A DNA stretch of 64,000 nt from Sphagnum compactum (Eukaryota): NCBI GenBank assembly GCA_965153455.1, contig OZ234493.1:31362213-31426212 (forward strand), given 5' to 3'. The translations under genes and the position numbers were made by a program. The notes beneath the pieces were generated by a model. The model saw only the letters and a list, made by a program, of their open reading frames with translations, did not search any database and was not told the origin of the DNA. Each line of letters opens with the position of its first letter. Position 1 is the stretch's first letter. This document shows, in pieces, positions 1-13,652 of this stretch.

Positions 1-454
1 AAAAGAACCCACTATACAACAACAACTATCAGAACAATCTGATGTTCAATGCAGTAACGGCCCTGCTCTGCTGCAACAACGTCATCAACAGCGACAACAG
101 ATCCTCCTCGCCCTAACATTGAAGGAATGTACAAATTAGGGGCATTTTATATACTAGATGAATGATCAGAGATGAGCTGCTGCTGCTGCTGCACAAAACA
201 GTAGTAGTAGCTAGCTAGCGGGTGCAAATCATGTGCTGAAGAAGCTGCTGCTGCTGCCTACAGGGATGATGATCAGGGGTTGAGCTGCACCATGGGGTTA
301 GAACTTGGTTGTGGAAAGATCAGGCAGAAGACAATATGGGTCTTGTTGGTCGGTGACTTGGTACTCAAGAAACGAAGCAACGGACTAGCTGCAGGAGAGA
401 AGCTGAGTCGGAGGCAAAATGCAAAGCAGAAGAGAAAGAGACACACAGAGAGAC

Positions 455-496
<42 letters not shown>

Positions 497-520
497 GGCA
501 GAGGGGGGCGGGGGGAGGAG
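1..520 (-). other. Probable 5' leader/UTR of a minus-strand gene continuing beyond the window
   Basis: GC-richer sequence with a (CT)n tract on the minus strand (~458-495), resembling the 5' ends of both complete genes in the window. Also CAG/CTG triplets and a short uORF-like MVQLNP* (273-293). No coding exon was identifiable. Confidence 0.4.
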
Positions 521-528
521 CAGAGTGT

Positions 529-790
529 CAGTTAGTAGAGTAAGGTAGCTTAATTAGTGAGCAGTTAGTGAGCACGGAAAAACCAGTCAAGGACGGGAAC
601 TGACTAACTGACACGAAGAGACTGACTAACTGACTGTTCTCTATCTTAACTGTATCCATGAATCATCAATCATTAATTTACCCACGTCCTGCTTTGGTTG
701 CCTCCGACTAGGCTACGCTGGCAGGGCAGGACGCTTAATTAAACCCCCACCCCCCCCCCCGGCTTACGAACTCTGCAGGTGTCAGTTAGT
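529..790. promoter_or_regulatory. Cluster of five CAGTTAGT motifs (contains the MYB core CNGTTR)
   Basis: CAGTTAGT at 529, 562 and 783; reverse complement ACTAACTG at 603 and 625. The cluster lies just upstream of the putative minus-strand leader. Confidence 0.45.
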
Positions 791-979
791 GTGCAGGAAA
801 TATTATGGACTAGGTAACCGACTCAAGCGCATAGGTTAGTGTGAATAGTTAAGGCACCCACCCAGCCAGACAGACCCTATTCACACTAACCAGCATGCGC
901 CCCTCCTCCAGCTGGTTATTATTATAATTATTATTATTATTAGACATACCTATCAATCCCTCATGAGAATGAATCCCAG

Positions 980-1458
980 ATTTTCTCTCCTTTCATCCAT
1001 GTAGAGTGGTTATGAAATTTTCATCCAAGTTGCAAAACGGTTATGGAATCATTGGGCCAATGAGAGCCTAGGGTGAGTGGGTTGGTGGTGGTACCTTGTG
1101 CTAATTATTAGGTTGCTGATGAATGAGGTTTTCTCTCTTTTTCATCCATGTAGAGTGGTTATGAAATTTTCTTTCACCCAAGTTCTTTTCATCCATGTGT
1201 TAGAGTGATTATGAAATTTTCATCCAACTCGTAAACCGGTTATGGAATCATTTTGGGCCAACAAGAGCCTAGGGGGGGTGGTGGTACCTTGTGCTAATTA
1301 TTAGGTTGTTGATGAAGCAAAGGTCAAAAGGTTGTGGGTTGTAACAGTGTAAACCCTGTTGTCAATGGATGAAAAGATATGTAATCCTCCTCTTCTCAAT
1401 GGATGAAAAGATATGGATGAAAAGATATGTAATCCTCTTCTTCTCAATGGATGAAAAA
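980..1458. repeat. Local tandem duplications (~150-bp unit x2 at 980-1316; ~35-45-bp TCAATGGATGAAAAGATATG unit x3 at 1362-1458)
   Basis: TTTCATCCATGTAGAGTGGTTATGAAATTTT...GGTACCTTGTGCTAATTATTAGGTTG.TGATGAA occurs twice. TCAATGGATGAAAA occurs three times. Confidence 0.85.
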
Positions 1459-3601
1459 CTCATATTCAATGTCCTGTCCAGATGATGCATGCATAAAATT
1501 TGTTTTTAAAAAAGGAAGGGCGAGACCTTATGCTTGGTGAACACTGAGTCAAGAATGAATGAAAAGCTTGACAACTTATGGATGGTAGATTATGATGTTG
1601 TTTTCATTCGGTCCCACATTTCTTGGTTTTCTAAGGAAAGTGAAATTTTGGTATTTTTCCTTTTCTTGTTTTTTTCCTCCTCTCGGTTTTGAGAATCTTA
1701 AGTGCAATTTTGAGAATAATCTTTTAAAATTCATATAACCTTTGATTTTGTAATTTTTCTAAAAAAAATTTAGGAAAACTAAATAACCCAACTAAAACTA
1801 ATAAAACTTGATTTGTAATATTAGTTTTATTCATCCAACTAGTGCACAAAGCCCAGGTAAAAAGGATTGTGTATGGATTGCTATGTACATGCAATTATAA
1901 CTAATATAACGTGCTCAAAAAGCAAATCCTTGACTATTGTCCTTTCCAAAAACTTGTACTACTTATATATAGTTTTTAAAAGGAGTTGGACTTGTTTTTA
2001 TAAAGGACAACTACAACAAGATCCAAGTTCAAGTTTTAGGGTTCAAGTTTTAGGTTTCAACAACAAAAGGTCATTTTACAATGTCCAAATCCAAATCTAG
2101 TTTCAACAAAATTTTGAAACCTCCGCCGATCTTAGATATCCTAAGAGACAATAAGAACCAACAATAGAACCGGCCTTATACCTTGAATGGGCCAACACTA
2201 ATATTTTAGTATTTACATCCATACATGTTTTGGGTGAGTGTTTAAAGTTTTGATTGAATTCATCTTACTTACTTACACCTAAGGGTTTTCCTTCCAAATT
2301 AGGCAATCCAAACATGTCAAACTCTTTAACTCAAAAAAACAACAAAGTTTGTCCGAAAAGAAAAACATCGATTATGAACCCCCAAAAAAAAAGAGGGGTT
2401 GTCATGTTGTTACAATGCATGTTTAAGTATACAAACAAGAATACTACACCAAATAATAAATATTACAAATGCATGAAGGAAAAGATGGAAAAGGGTTGAA
2501 TTTTTACAACCAAAAAAATGGTCATTTTTTACAACACCATTACACCAATGGTTCAAATAACATAGAAACCACGACAATCTCAACCCTACATAATTATATC
2601 GTTAGATTGATGCGTAATCAACATCACTAAAATTAAACCAAACGTCCATGAATGCATTGATTTTGCCATATGTAAACCAAAATCATAAACTCACATTACT
2701 ATAATAGATGGCATCATCAACATTTTGAAAACAATATTAGTAGGTACACATTCAACTACATACACTACTCAATTCTTCAATTTCACTCACATGCTTGTTT
2801 GTGAATTGTGACATATAATTTATATGGAAATAAATAAAATACATGCATTAGGACATTCTCTCTTCCTTATATTGCATGCCTTCTACCAATCTCGTGACAA
2901 TAACCATACTCAATAAACAACATATTTCAGATTTTCTCACACATTCTTTGAAGATTTGCTCTATCAAATAATACCAAAAATCACTAAATATCTCATAATT
3001 AGTAAAAAAAATTGATTTCATTAGGTTTGCAATGCTTAGCAAGATTCTAACAAACTTCTACAATTCAACTATCTCATAGGATGACACAACTTGCACCGTT
3101 TCAATTTCTAAAATCTTCAATCCCAAAAAATGCCACATTACACTCTAGATCGAACTTCCACAACTTATAATTACCTTTTCATGACCTTAGGCTCCTAACC
3201 AAAGTTAAGATCATATAACATGGGATGGGTCAAGAACAAAACCAAAGCATAACATGAGCTCAATATGTGTAACACATTTTGATGGGAAGTGAGAGGTGTG
3301 TGAGAATCAATAAAAGGGAGTCCCAAGCCCCACAAAGTTGTTGTTTTTTTTTGAATGTTAAGCTTTTCAAGGAGTTTCTATGTGTTTAGACTAATCTATG
3401 AAAGAATTGTAAACATGTTCAAATTGAGTGGTATTTATATCCTTGTTCAAAAAAAGAACCATAAAAAAGTGGGCTTGCATGCCAAATGAAAATGTATTTT
3501 TTGTAAAATTATTGCAATTTTGAAAAATCAAAACACTATTCCACATGGGGACATGCAAAATATACTACAATGAAAATCATGCCTCGGATGGGAGTCTAAA
3601 C

Positions 3602-4049
3602 TAGTGTGAGGTAGTTATTTATTTGGTTGGTTAAAACCATTAGTTTTGCTTTCAATTCTAGTTACCTGGAATTGAATTAAAATTGGGTTTGATTTTTGGA
3701 GTCGATATCATTTTCCAGTTTTAAAAGCGAATCTAGTTCTAAAATTAGAACCTAAACTTAAACCCAATTTTATAAATTGAAATTTTGGAATTTTTTTTAA
3801 TTCTTTTTTTTGGGAAAAAAAGGTCTAGAATTGGGGGTTAATTCACAAATAGTTATTAGTTTCAAACCAAGTTACTTGGAATTAAGAACTAAGTCTAATT
3901 TCCATAACCAATGCCTAATTTGTTTTCAAAAATTAGACTTGAGGTTCCACTTTTTGTGGAATAGAATTTAAACTAGATCCATTCAACATTTTTTTTTTAA
4001 AAATACGAACTAAAGGTTTTTCATAAAAGGAAAAAATCACCCAACACTA
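3602..4049. mobile_element. Non-autonomous hAT-type element (GGTTC/GAACC-rich MITE family)
   Basis: Ends TAGTGTGAGG.. / ..CCCAACACTA. Both ends align in reverse orientation with 28700-29210. The TSD is degenerate (GTCTAAAC / ATGTAGAC). Confidence 0.6.
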
Positions 4050-4715
4050 ATGTAGACAAGGTGTTTGTGTGAGTTTGTGATGAGTTGCAAACTTAATTTT
4101 AAACCCAAAATTACATTAACTAGGCAAACATTAAATAGGAGCAATGAATTAAATGTGGCACCAAGCTCGACATAGTTGTAAGACAATGCCCAACAAGAAA
4201 AATATTTTTGAATTTTTTTTACTATATTTGAAATTTGATTAACACTTTAATTATCTTTTGTACACGATATTTCCAAGGAAAAGAAAATCTAGTGGTTAAA
4301 TCTCTACCTTCAAACCAAAGATCTAAGGTTTGATCATTTTCCCAAATTTTGTTTTCTTCCACTATGAAATGGATTAAAAAATTAAGCTTGAGGAAAAAGG
4401 AACTTTTCTTTGGTAAAAGGGGAGAAAATGGTAACTCGAACTGTCTCCTCTAGGAAACAACTTCCCTTGGGGAAAAAAAAATCTCTCAAGAAAAAAGGGA
4501 CAAAATAATAGCCCTAACCATGTTCCCCCATGGACAACTTCCCTATGGAAAACATATTTTCCCCCAAAGAGAAGGGGACAAAATGGTAACCCCAACCATG
4601 TTCCCCAAGGATTAACTTCCTTAAGAGAGAAGGACTTTCCCAATGCAAAAAAGCTTAAGTGAAATTTTTTGGAAAACGAGTGCAAGGGGTAAACTTTTGT
4701 TCAAATTAAACATTT

Positions 4716-4966
4716 TTTATATCGTTGGAAACCTCTTAAAATGTAGATATCAAAAATGATCTTGCATTTTCAATTTGAAGTTATGAACTAAAAGTTTTGA
4801 GGAAAAAAAAACTAAGAATCAAATTGACAATTTATTGGGAAAAGCAATTGACCATTATTTGTTTCATAGTTTTTCTTTTCACCATAATTGTTAGTTCATA
4901 AGTTCAAATTGAAAATGCCAAATCGCTTTTGATATTTATGTTTTGTGAGCTTTTCAACAATATAAG
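4716..4966. repeat. Long imperfect inverted repeat (foldback / MITE-like), ~110-bp arms
   Basis: 4716-4824 pairs with 4857-4966. Core GCATTTTCAATTTGAA(G/C)TTATGAACTAA is present on both arms. Confidence 0.85.
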
Positions 4967-7163
4967 GAACATTTGGAAGTTGCTCCTTGGGGAAGGGAAC
5001 ATGGTATATACCTACTTACCTATCTAGTTAGGAGCCACCAAGTGCCTTATTTACTTATCGCTCCCTATATTGCAAGCACTTACATTAAGTACCTACTTAG
5101 CTTTCGTACCTACCCACTTACATAGGTAGTTAATTAGGTAGTGTGAGGGTGGAAAGTAGGAGTATTTACATGATAGTAGGTTACCAAGGTGAAACCCTAG
5201 TTAACTCGGTTGTAGTTCATCTACTACAACGGATGGTGCTCCGTCCTCATGTCGAGGAGGCCGTGTAAATGGCTTTGCTTCCGAGGCCTGGTACATACCC
5301 TACACTTTTTGACAAGAATTTTGTATGTTGTATGTAGCCTTACATACAAAAGGTGAAAAAGGAAAAAGGCCCACTCTCGGTAATGCTTGTTTTTTTTTGT
5401 CGGGGAAATGAGTGTCATTTTTCGAAGTTCTTTTCTTCGATCTTTTGTCATTCATTCTTCGAGTTCTTTTGTTCTTTGAGGGTAATGAGCTCGTACAAAC
5501 ATGGCCAGCCCGTAAAGCTCCGAAGAATATGTCTCGGACGGACTTTTTGACATCCGATTCAATCATCCGAATTTCAAGTCTCAACAAGTTGAACCCCAAT
5601 TATTTGGCACAAAGAAAAGTCTAAGTGGGTCTCTTTAGTCTTTTTTACACCCCCCCCCCCTCCCCTCCCCTCCCACCCCTCTAAATTATTTAGTTTGCCA
5701 ACTAGGGATGAATGAATGAATGAATGAATGGCTTAGTCCTTCTCTTCATCCATAAAGGCTTCTTCCCTTCTTTCGGACCTGCCCACTTTTTTTTTCTTAC
5801 TTTTTTTCTAAAGTGCCCATGTCCAACATAGTTGCCCAACCCTGGAAATTTTGGCAAATATTTCCAATAAAATAAGAAAAATTAATCATATTTATACTCG
5901 AAATTTGAAAACTTCCAAAATTTTCCCCAAATATTTTGATAAAGGAAAATACAAAAAAAATTGGATTTTTTTTTTAAAAAAAAAACTAGTACACCCTACA
6001 CCACTCTAGATTTGAGTTTATGTTTTAACTATTATATTGTTAATAATTGTTCAAAGGCCCAACTAATACATGCAAAAATCATCTTTTATATGCATTCCCC
6101 ACATTTAGCAATTGCACTTCTTGTCATGAATTCATTGCCCGATTATGTGATTCACCAGTATTTATATTTTCATTTCTATATTTTTATTTCCTTCTTTTTT
6201 TGTATTGATTACAATAGGTATATAGGAAATTTTATTGCAAAGCCCATTACTGTTTCTTTTCATTTTTTAATATCAAAATGTTGGCAAATTTTAATAAGAA
6301 AACTTCGTCAAATTTACGCTAGAAAAAAAAAATCCAAAATTATCGCAATTTATTTGTTGAAAAATAGGGGGAAAAAAACATTGAAGCCCATACACCATAT
6401 CCAAATTGGAAATTTTCAATGCCCTTATAGATGATCAATATATCTACCCAATAATGGTCATAACCACATGAAAACACAATGTGAAAATATCTAACCCCAA
6501 ATAGTGATCAAAATTATCAATTTAAAATAGTATATCATGCACACAAGTTGCATTGTCATACATCACACTAAAAACTAAAAACACGTTTGCACCAAATATT
6601 TGTATTATACAAATCAATGAGATTCTATACCCATACATATTATGTGTATTGGTAATGGTTTGCAATTGCATGTTTGATTGGTTGATACTTGTGTTTGGTT
6701 TTCTTTTCATATGTAAACACTAATATGGACGTATGTTTTTATGTTGGTTTTTATGATTGAAAATTCAATCAAAACAAACTAGGGATGAAATTGTCCTCAT
6801 TTATGTCATATCAATCATTTATGCCAAAATTTTGAATTTTTTATTGAATTTATCGTTATGACTAAGAGGAAATTGACGTGAAAACATTATTTTAATTCAA
6901 AATATTAATTTTTTTTTGATAAATAGTAATAACTGATTTTTTCAAGACTAAACTATAGACAAACCCAAAGTCACACTAGATCCATGATTCCATTGTTGAA
7001 AAAAAGTTTTGTTTAGTGAGGTAAGTGAACCTATGATAGGTCATCATGATAACATCACAAACCCAACATATCCAAAGTGGGGTTTGGACCCTTACCTCTT
7101 TGACCACAACCCAAAACCTCTCCCATCCAACTATCATAACACATGGTGATTCATATAGTATTG

Positions 7164-7198
<35 letters not shown>

Positions 7199-8661
7199 AA
7201 TTTATAATTATATTATATAATTAGGTAGCTTATTTATATTATCATTTAGTTTAAGTTTTTAAATTGAGAATGGTAAATAAGTACATTAGTTTTTATATTT
7301 TGATTTGGGAAAAAATCAAGTATAAAAAATAAATTAATTCAAGTTTCACAAGTACTTTAGTTGTGGCTTTTTAGTAAATGAAAAAAAAAAATAGTTTGAT
7401 CTTCAATTTTTTTTCATGTCATTTTATTATATTTCAAATTTTTTATTTTTTATTTGAATAATTAAAACAATAAATGAAAACATGAGTTTTGTAATTTACT
7501 TTCTTTTTTAATAATTTATTTTTAAAATTAAAAATATTTCAAAATGTTTTCATATCAACACATTATCAAAAAAACATTACAACCTATGATAAGTCATATC
7601 TAGATGACTAATTTTAATCACATTAGTCAAATTGAACTTCACAGAGGTGCCCATACATCATGCTTCGAACATAATGTCCAATTTGAATAAATAATTAGTT
7701 TTTTTTAGTCAAAACAAACATACCTAGTTTTGATTTGAGTCAAATCAAACATAATCAATCACTTTAAACAAATGAATTTGATTCTACAATCATCTTAGTC
7801 ACAATGCTAATAATGAAAAAATCATGTTTTTGTAATAACGAAATTACAATATAAAAAAACTGGGTACATTTATGGAAGTAATTTATTATGGTGATCTTGT
7901 ATTATACAAATTATGAAAAAGTCTCAAACTAATAGCATGAGATAATTTGTCATGTTCAACAATTAGACTGATGTTTGATTTCACAGTTTTCATCATACCA
8001 AAATGGGTTATTATATGTTAATATTTTGCTAGAGATGTTTATTGTTTATGATGTAACTCAACTAACTTTCATCCTTGATAAACTCAAAGACATTTGATGA
8101 AAGCAAAAATTTAATTTTGTGTTCACACATGTTTGACCAAGAATGAAAAACTCTAAATTTTAGGTTGCACTAAATGCCATAGGATGAAATTAAACATTTT
8201 GAAAGTGAAAAACAAATGTGTAGACTTAATAATAAGTTTGTGAATGCAATTTTTTCCAAATTACACAAAGCTTCATGTTTCACACCATAATTGGGATTTC
8301 ATGTTCAATAACAAGTGAAATTGTACTAGAAATTAAAATTGCATATATTGCTTCCAATGTTCTCGATCCTTTATGCAAAACATGTAGACATGATTTTATT
8401 TTTTTGTTTAATGGTTTACTAATTTTTGCAAACACACTATAAAAATGAATTGTGCAACAACCTCCAAAACCAAACATACATTTGTGACGTAAATGAATGC
8501 ATTGAAATGACACATTACAAATTTTCAATGTGGGAAATGGGCGTATTGGGATCAAATCCAATAACATTAATTAACTACACGTCCTTATACATTTCAAATC
8601 ATATTTACATTTACTCCTATACTTGTGGATGTGAAAATGATTTACTAATCCATCTAAATGT

Positions 8662-8667
<6 letters not shown>

Positions 8668-8710
<43 letters not shown>
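8668..8710. repeat. (AT)n microsatellite. Others: (AT) ~7166-7195, 20739-20770, 60233-60259; (CA) ~20853-20877, 31030-31053; (CT) ~49785-49822
   Basis: Directly visible dinucleotide runs. Confidence 0.95.
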
Positions 8711-8714
<4 letters not shown>

Positions 8715-9297
8715 AGTACATGAATTTAGTTGTATAACTTAAAAAGCTTTACATTTACACAATTATACACCCTTTTAACACAATATTTGCACTTACATTT
8801 AGAGAAATGAACCAAAGATGTAATGTATTCGGGGTAGTACCATCAATTACCACATTCAAATTTAGTGTTAATTCTTTGCCCCTCCCTCACCAATAAATAG
8901 TAAATATGAAATAATATATTTTTAAGGAACACATAAATGTCACAACTAGCCACACGTTATGGCCAACAAATCAACAACTATCAATGATTAATGAATCGTT
9001 ACGGCCAATCAACAAAAAACAATAATTTTATGTTCTACAATCTTATGGTACCCATGATATATTGCACAAAATCTACAAGAGTGAGTCCAAATTTTAACAC
9101 CTCTAACCAGTGCAATAACTTCATCCATAATTTGTAATATAAACATTTAATTACAACCATTGGAATTGTTCTTAGACCATTTTTCATTATTCCTACATTG
9201 AATTAAGTTTTGGCCTTATTCAAATTCGAACTTGGAGCCATGAATTGTTTACTTTGCCAAAAGGAGGTGAACTTTGCTCCAAGTTGTTTGGTAAAAC

Positions 9298-12200
9298 TAA
9301 TGTTGCCTAAATATGAAGTTTTGATACTCACCCCATGATACTAATATGGCATATTCTTTAAAATTTTATAATAAAAGGATGTGCATAAAAGCAATTAACA
9401 ATGTATTTATCAATATATATATAAATTGATGTCCATTTCTTTCCTTTAGTGGATATGGATGTGTTGGTTTTCAAAATCAAAATAATGATAGGATATGTAC
9501 AAAAGTTAAGGATGAATTTTGATGTTTGGAATTAATTTTTGAAATCACACATTAATTTACAAGAACATACAAATTTTGCAAAATCAATAATTTATGGGGT
9601 AGTTGAACTTCAATTTTTTCAAGAACTCTACCCAATGCAAGACAAGCTTTCTATCCCAACCACACCCCATAGAAAACACATAAGCACCCCAACCCTACAA
9701 AACACAACATCGTCCATGTCATTGGTGAGTTGCACAAATGAACCATGCATTCATAATGCGACAATTTAATTTTTTCCAATGCAAATTGTCATTTAGATTT
9801 GGGATTCCAAAGGTTGCATTACAAGTTGTATTATATAAATTTGAGATTCTAACAACCTTAAAGGAGAATAGAAAAACAACAAAAATATTTGTGATCTCAC
9901 CTTGCTAAACCTAATCCCTACTACAATTGTTTAAAATAACTTATTTCCTCAAGCAAGTCATACTTTTCTTTAGCCAATGGATTTTCAACTTTCATAAAGT
10001 CTACCAAATTTGTATGTAATGTACAATTCAAATGTCAATCATTAAGTTAGTTCTTCATCACAACAATGATGTGATTTATGTTCTCCACTATAACTTGCAA
10101 CATCTTAGAATTATCGACACATTGGCAAGACTAAACACACATTTAGTTTCAATTTGTGGTATTGGAATTCCTAAAATGTATTTGGCAAAAAAACCAATGT
10201 TTGGGAATTGACTTTCATGATTGTGCCACAAAACAAGGGGATTGACACATGCAACTATAGTTAGAAATAACCTCCTAAACAAATATAACTCCCCAACAAG
10301 TGCACATGAAGACTCTTCAATAAAGGTGGCAACATCAAAAATGTTATTGTCTTCTTCAATAAAATCATTAGATCTAACAATTAATCCATCATTTGGTGTT
10401 GCACATGCTTGAATAATAATGTAATATTTCAAAGACCATCATTAGAAAGGGGATTACTACATTTGCATTGTATTCAAAAGAAAAACATATACAATCCCCA
10501 CATCCCACATAATTTTCCATAGCCCGCAAAGACTTGAAACAAGGATATAGTTGGACATGTTTTTTTGAAAGACGAAGACCTTGAAATCAAAGGCATCAAA
10601 AACATTAGTCTCATTTGTAATTCATCCATCTTAAATTCCAAAGTTAGTGTTAAATTAATAGACATAATGAAAGCATCACATAATAGCCAATGATTTCATG
10701 ATTGGTTCATCATGTACATAGTGACGACATGATTCAAGGCATTCGTGACTACTTATATAATTATCCATATTTCAGCCTTAGGAATTGTTTTCAATGCAAA
10801 GTCCTTTGCCACCTATAACACAAGATAATGACATGTTTGAATTCCAATGCCTCCTCAAACATAATCACTTTATTACCAAATTTGGTCTTCATCGAACCAG
10901 TTTTGAATTTTGTGGTTGCAACAATTTTTAACACATAGCTTCCCACATTTTTGTTTCCCCTTTCTTGATTTAGAAAATGCATGTGATTATCTTCTATATA
11001 CCACCTTAGGTAGCCTTCACATTAACATGTTTCAAACCCACAATCACCTTTTCGTCATTTGTAACATATTAATAGGCCTTAAACATAATGTGACCAAAAT
11101 AAATACTTTCATAAACCCATAATGATGAAAGCCAATAATGGAACGTAATGTTGTCACCATAGGCATTATCTTTCACAAAAATAATTTCATGATGCGTCAA
11201 ACCATACTTTTGAAATAAAGATTACAACTAACTAGTCATGAAAAGCCCCTGGTTTGATGAATTTCAAATAAACCTACAATAACATGCATAGGGGTTCAAA
11301 AATCATTTAAATAATTAATTATAAGGGAAAATGTGTCCACACCACCCCTAGTCATCCAAAGATAAAACTAGTGGACATGGTTGTTGCAAATGTGAGATTA
11401 AACAACACCTAATTTTTGTCATGATCATTGTAGGAAATATTTCTTCCACCAAACTAAAGTGAAAAGCAAAAATAACACATGGGCATTAACCTAACATTAT
11501 CATCCATAGACAAATATTTTCACAAATGGAAAGGGCCATGTAACCTTTACAAATATACAACATTGGATTTTCAAAAAATTGTTATTGTGCCTTATAACCT
11601 TTTTTGTAAAGATTTGTGAAAAAACAAAATGTCATGATCGCATACCCATTTTGCCTATATCTCTTTTTCGTTGGTTGTCAACCATGATTTGCCTCAACAA
11701 CTTTCTTCGCACTCATCAACTTCCTCTAAACAACCAACCTTGAATGTGCAAATTCAAATATTGGTCTTCATAGGAATGATAATTTTAGCCTTGTATTTGA
11801 TGAGACCACCCTTAAAGTAGATCCTTAGCACATAGTATTAGCACTTGCTTGCTTTGTTTTGCAAATAACAACATTTGCGAATTTTTTTAATCCACAAGTT
11901 GTTATTGATAAGAAAAAACCCCTAGCAAATAGAGTTTTGCCTATGTGGCTTCCATGCTGCAACTTGAACTTGTATAACCACAAGTTGCATAACTCAATTT
12001 CAACATAATTAATCATAGTAGCTTGCATATGCATGTTGTCTTTAACATCTAACAAGTTGCAATTCACATTAAAAGTTGTTATTCTAACATTTTCTTTGAC
12101 CATGTTGACAAATTCAAGCAAACATACATTTTTTCTAACCATCAAACATGGACTTGACATTTAACCATAATAACACAAAGACAAAACACAAAATTACAAC

Positions 12201-13134
12201 CTTATTTATTTATTTTAAATGTAAAGGTAATTGAGATTGCTTAACGCTTGCTATTGAAAGACCATAAGTGCATGGGAACATTGCAAACTACAAAATGAAG
12301 ACAAAACACAAAACAAACAACAAAATTAACGATAAAATACAACAAAGTAAAAACTTTCAAGTTCAAGTGCAAAAATTCACCTTGCAAAGTGTGAAGACCT
12401 TGAATTTCACAATGCAAGAAATGCAAAGTGAAAAGTGTGTGAAATGCATGAAGGCAGAAAATGGAAAGTTGTGATTCTCAAGTTGGAAGAGCAAAAATTT
12501 CGATGCTCAAGTCCAAAATGCAAAGACTGAAGTTCAAAACTTAAGACCACCTCTTCCAAAAAACACAAAAATCACAAACTGACAAGCTTAAGACTCAAGA
12601 CTCAAAATTGCCTCTCCCAAAAACACATAAACCATACACTTGAAATCAACAAACTCAAGACTCAAGATTGCTAAAAGTTGCAGAGGCACTACCACTCCAC
12701 CGATGAAATAAACGTTACGTTGGTGTGCATGCTTGTGACTACGACAAAAATTAAAATAAAATGCAAGCTTTGCTATTGCTTGAAAAAAACACACACACAA
12801 ACGAAAACCCCAAAACCCTAACAAGAAGCTCCATATCTAACCCCCTTAAACCCTAATTATTGGATAAATGCACGTGTATGTATATATGTGGATTCAAGTA
12901 CTGTATATCTTTTTCTAGTGGGTATGAATAACCCTACCTATCCCCATATCTGGTCCCCTAGTAACACTAGCATGCAGATATATGAAAATTAGCCAAACCT
13001 AACCTCCGGATATACATAACTAACCAATAATGGTTGAATAATCCTGGATATTTGGAAAAAAAGAGAAAAAAATTCAGGATATGGTTAGATTCATATCCAG
13101 ATTTTTCCACATTTCCAGTGTCCAGCCAACACTG
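9298..13134 (-). mobile_element. hAT DNA transposon related to 21056-28682, ~3.8 kb, decayed, without the cargo block
   Basis: The end at 9298 (TAATGTTGCCTAAATATGAAG..) aligns with the right end of the larger copy over >100 bp. The end at 13134 (reverse complement CAGTGTTGGCTGG..) and its subterminal region resemble the larger copy's left end. The TSD is only degenerate (GGTAAAAC vs GTGAAAAA). Confidence 0.75.
9921..12050 (-). pseudogene. hAT transposase pseudogene
   Basis: Fragments collinear with 25870-28106: SFDASSK/DLFIEEDNNIFDVATFIEESSCALVGELYLFRRL..NPLVLWHNHESQFPNIGFFAKYILGIPIPQIETKCVFSLA, MKTKFGNKVIMFEEALEFKHVIILCY, NLVDFMKVENPLAKEKYDLLEE. Many stops and frameshifts. Confidence 0.9.
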
Positions 13135-13352
13135 GTGAAAAACAATCACCCTGAAGAAGATGTGTGCGCTCCAGACTTTAAAGAGCAAATTGTTCATGAC
13201 TACAGATTTGATTTTGCAAGAGTTTCCTGCAAAGCACAATCATTCTCAAACACACTTGTTCTCCAATGATCTCTCCAGGTTAGTACGTTGACTGAATCCA
13301 GGTTACTTGTTCTTCCTGTCAGGACAATACAATACCATAGATTGTAGGCCTA

Positions 13353-13652
13353 ATAATAGGGCATCAAACGCGTAACTGGGAATGAAAATTTTACAAAAGG
13401 AAATAACTGGGACCCAAACTAGTTTTTTGCACCAATTTTGGTGGTAAACTGAGTTCCCTCCTGTGTTTCCTTTTTCCTGAGCGCCTCCACTGCTGCTACA
13501 TATATATATTCACACTGGTCCTACCTGTACAACTCCTATAATCGCTCTCGAACCTTGTGCATTAAATGCTGAGTTTAAGCATTTCATACCCAGATTTAAT
13601 AAAAGTTCATTGCTTTGCAGATACCTCTGAAAGAGGGGATAGGGCGCCCAAG
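13353..13652. repeat. Dispersed ~300-bp repeat, inverted copy at 35064-35363
   Basis: For example, CTCTCGAACCTTGTGCATTAAATGCTGAGTTT here is the reverse complement of AAACTCAGCATTTAATGCACAAGGTTCGAGAG at ~35142. Similarity extends over the whole segment. Confidence 0.9.

Noticed and set aside
4287-4345. tRNA-like A/B-box remnants (also ~7075-7135 on the minus strand)
   Set aside because: No cloverleaf can be folded. At most these are degenerate SINE-like heads, too weak to call.
1867-9769. Numerous 60-160-aa ORFs in AT-rich intergenic DNA (also 29-37 kb, 50-57 kb, 62-64 kb)
   Set aside because: F/L/I/K/N-biased, often non-ATG starts, overlapping repeats or microsatellites, with no recognisable domains or consistent splice structure.
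9290-13142. TSD for the smaller hAT copy
   Set aside because: GGTAAAAC vs GTGAAAAA match at only 5/8 positions, so it is not accepted as a confirmed TSD. The boundaries rest on terminal homology.
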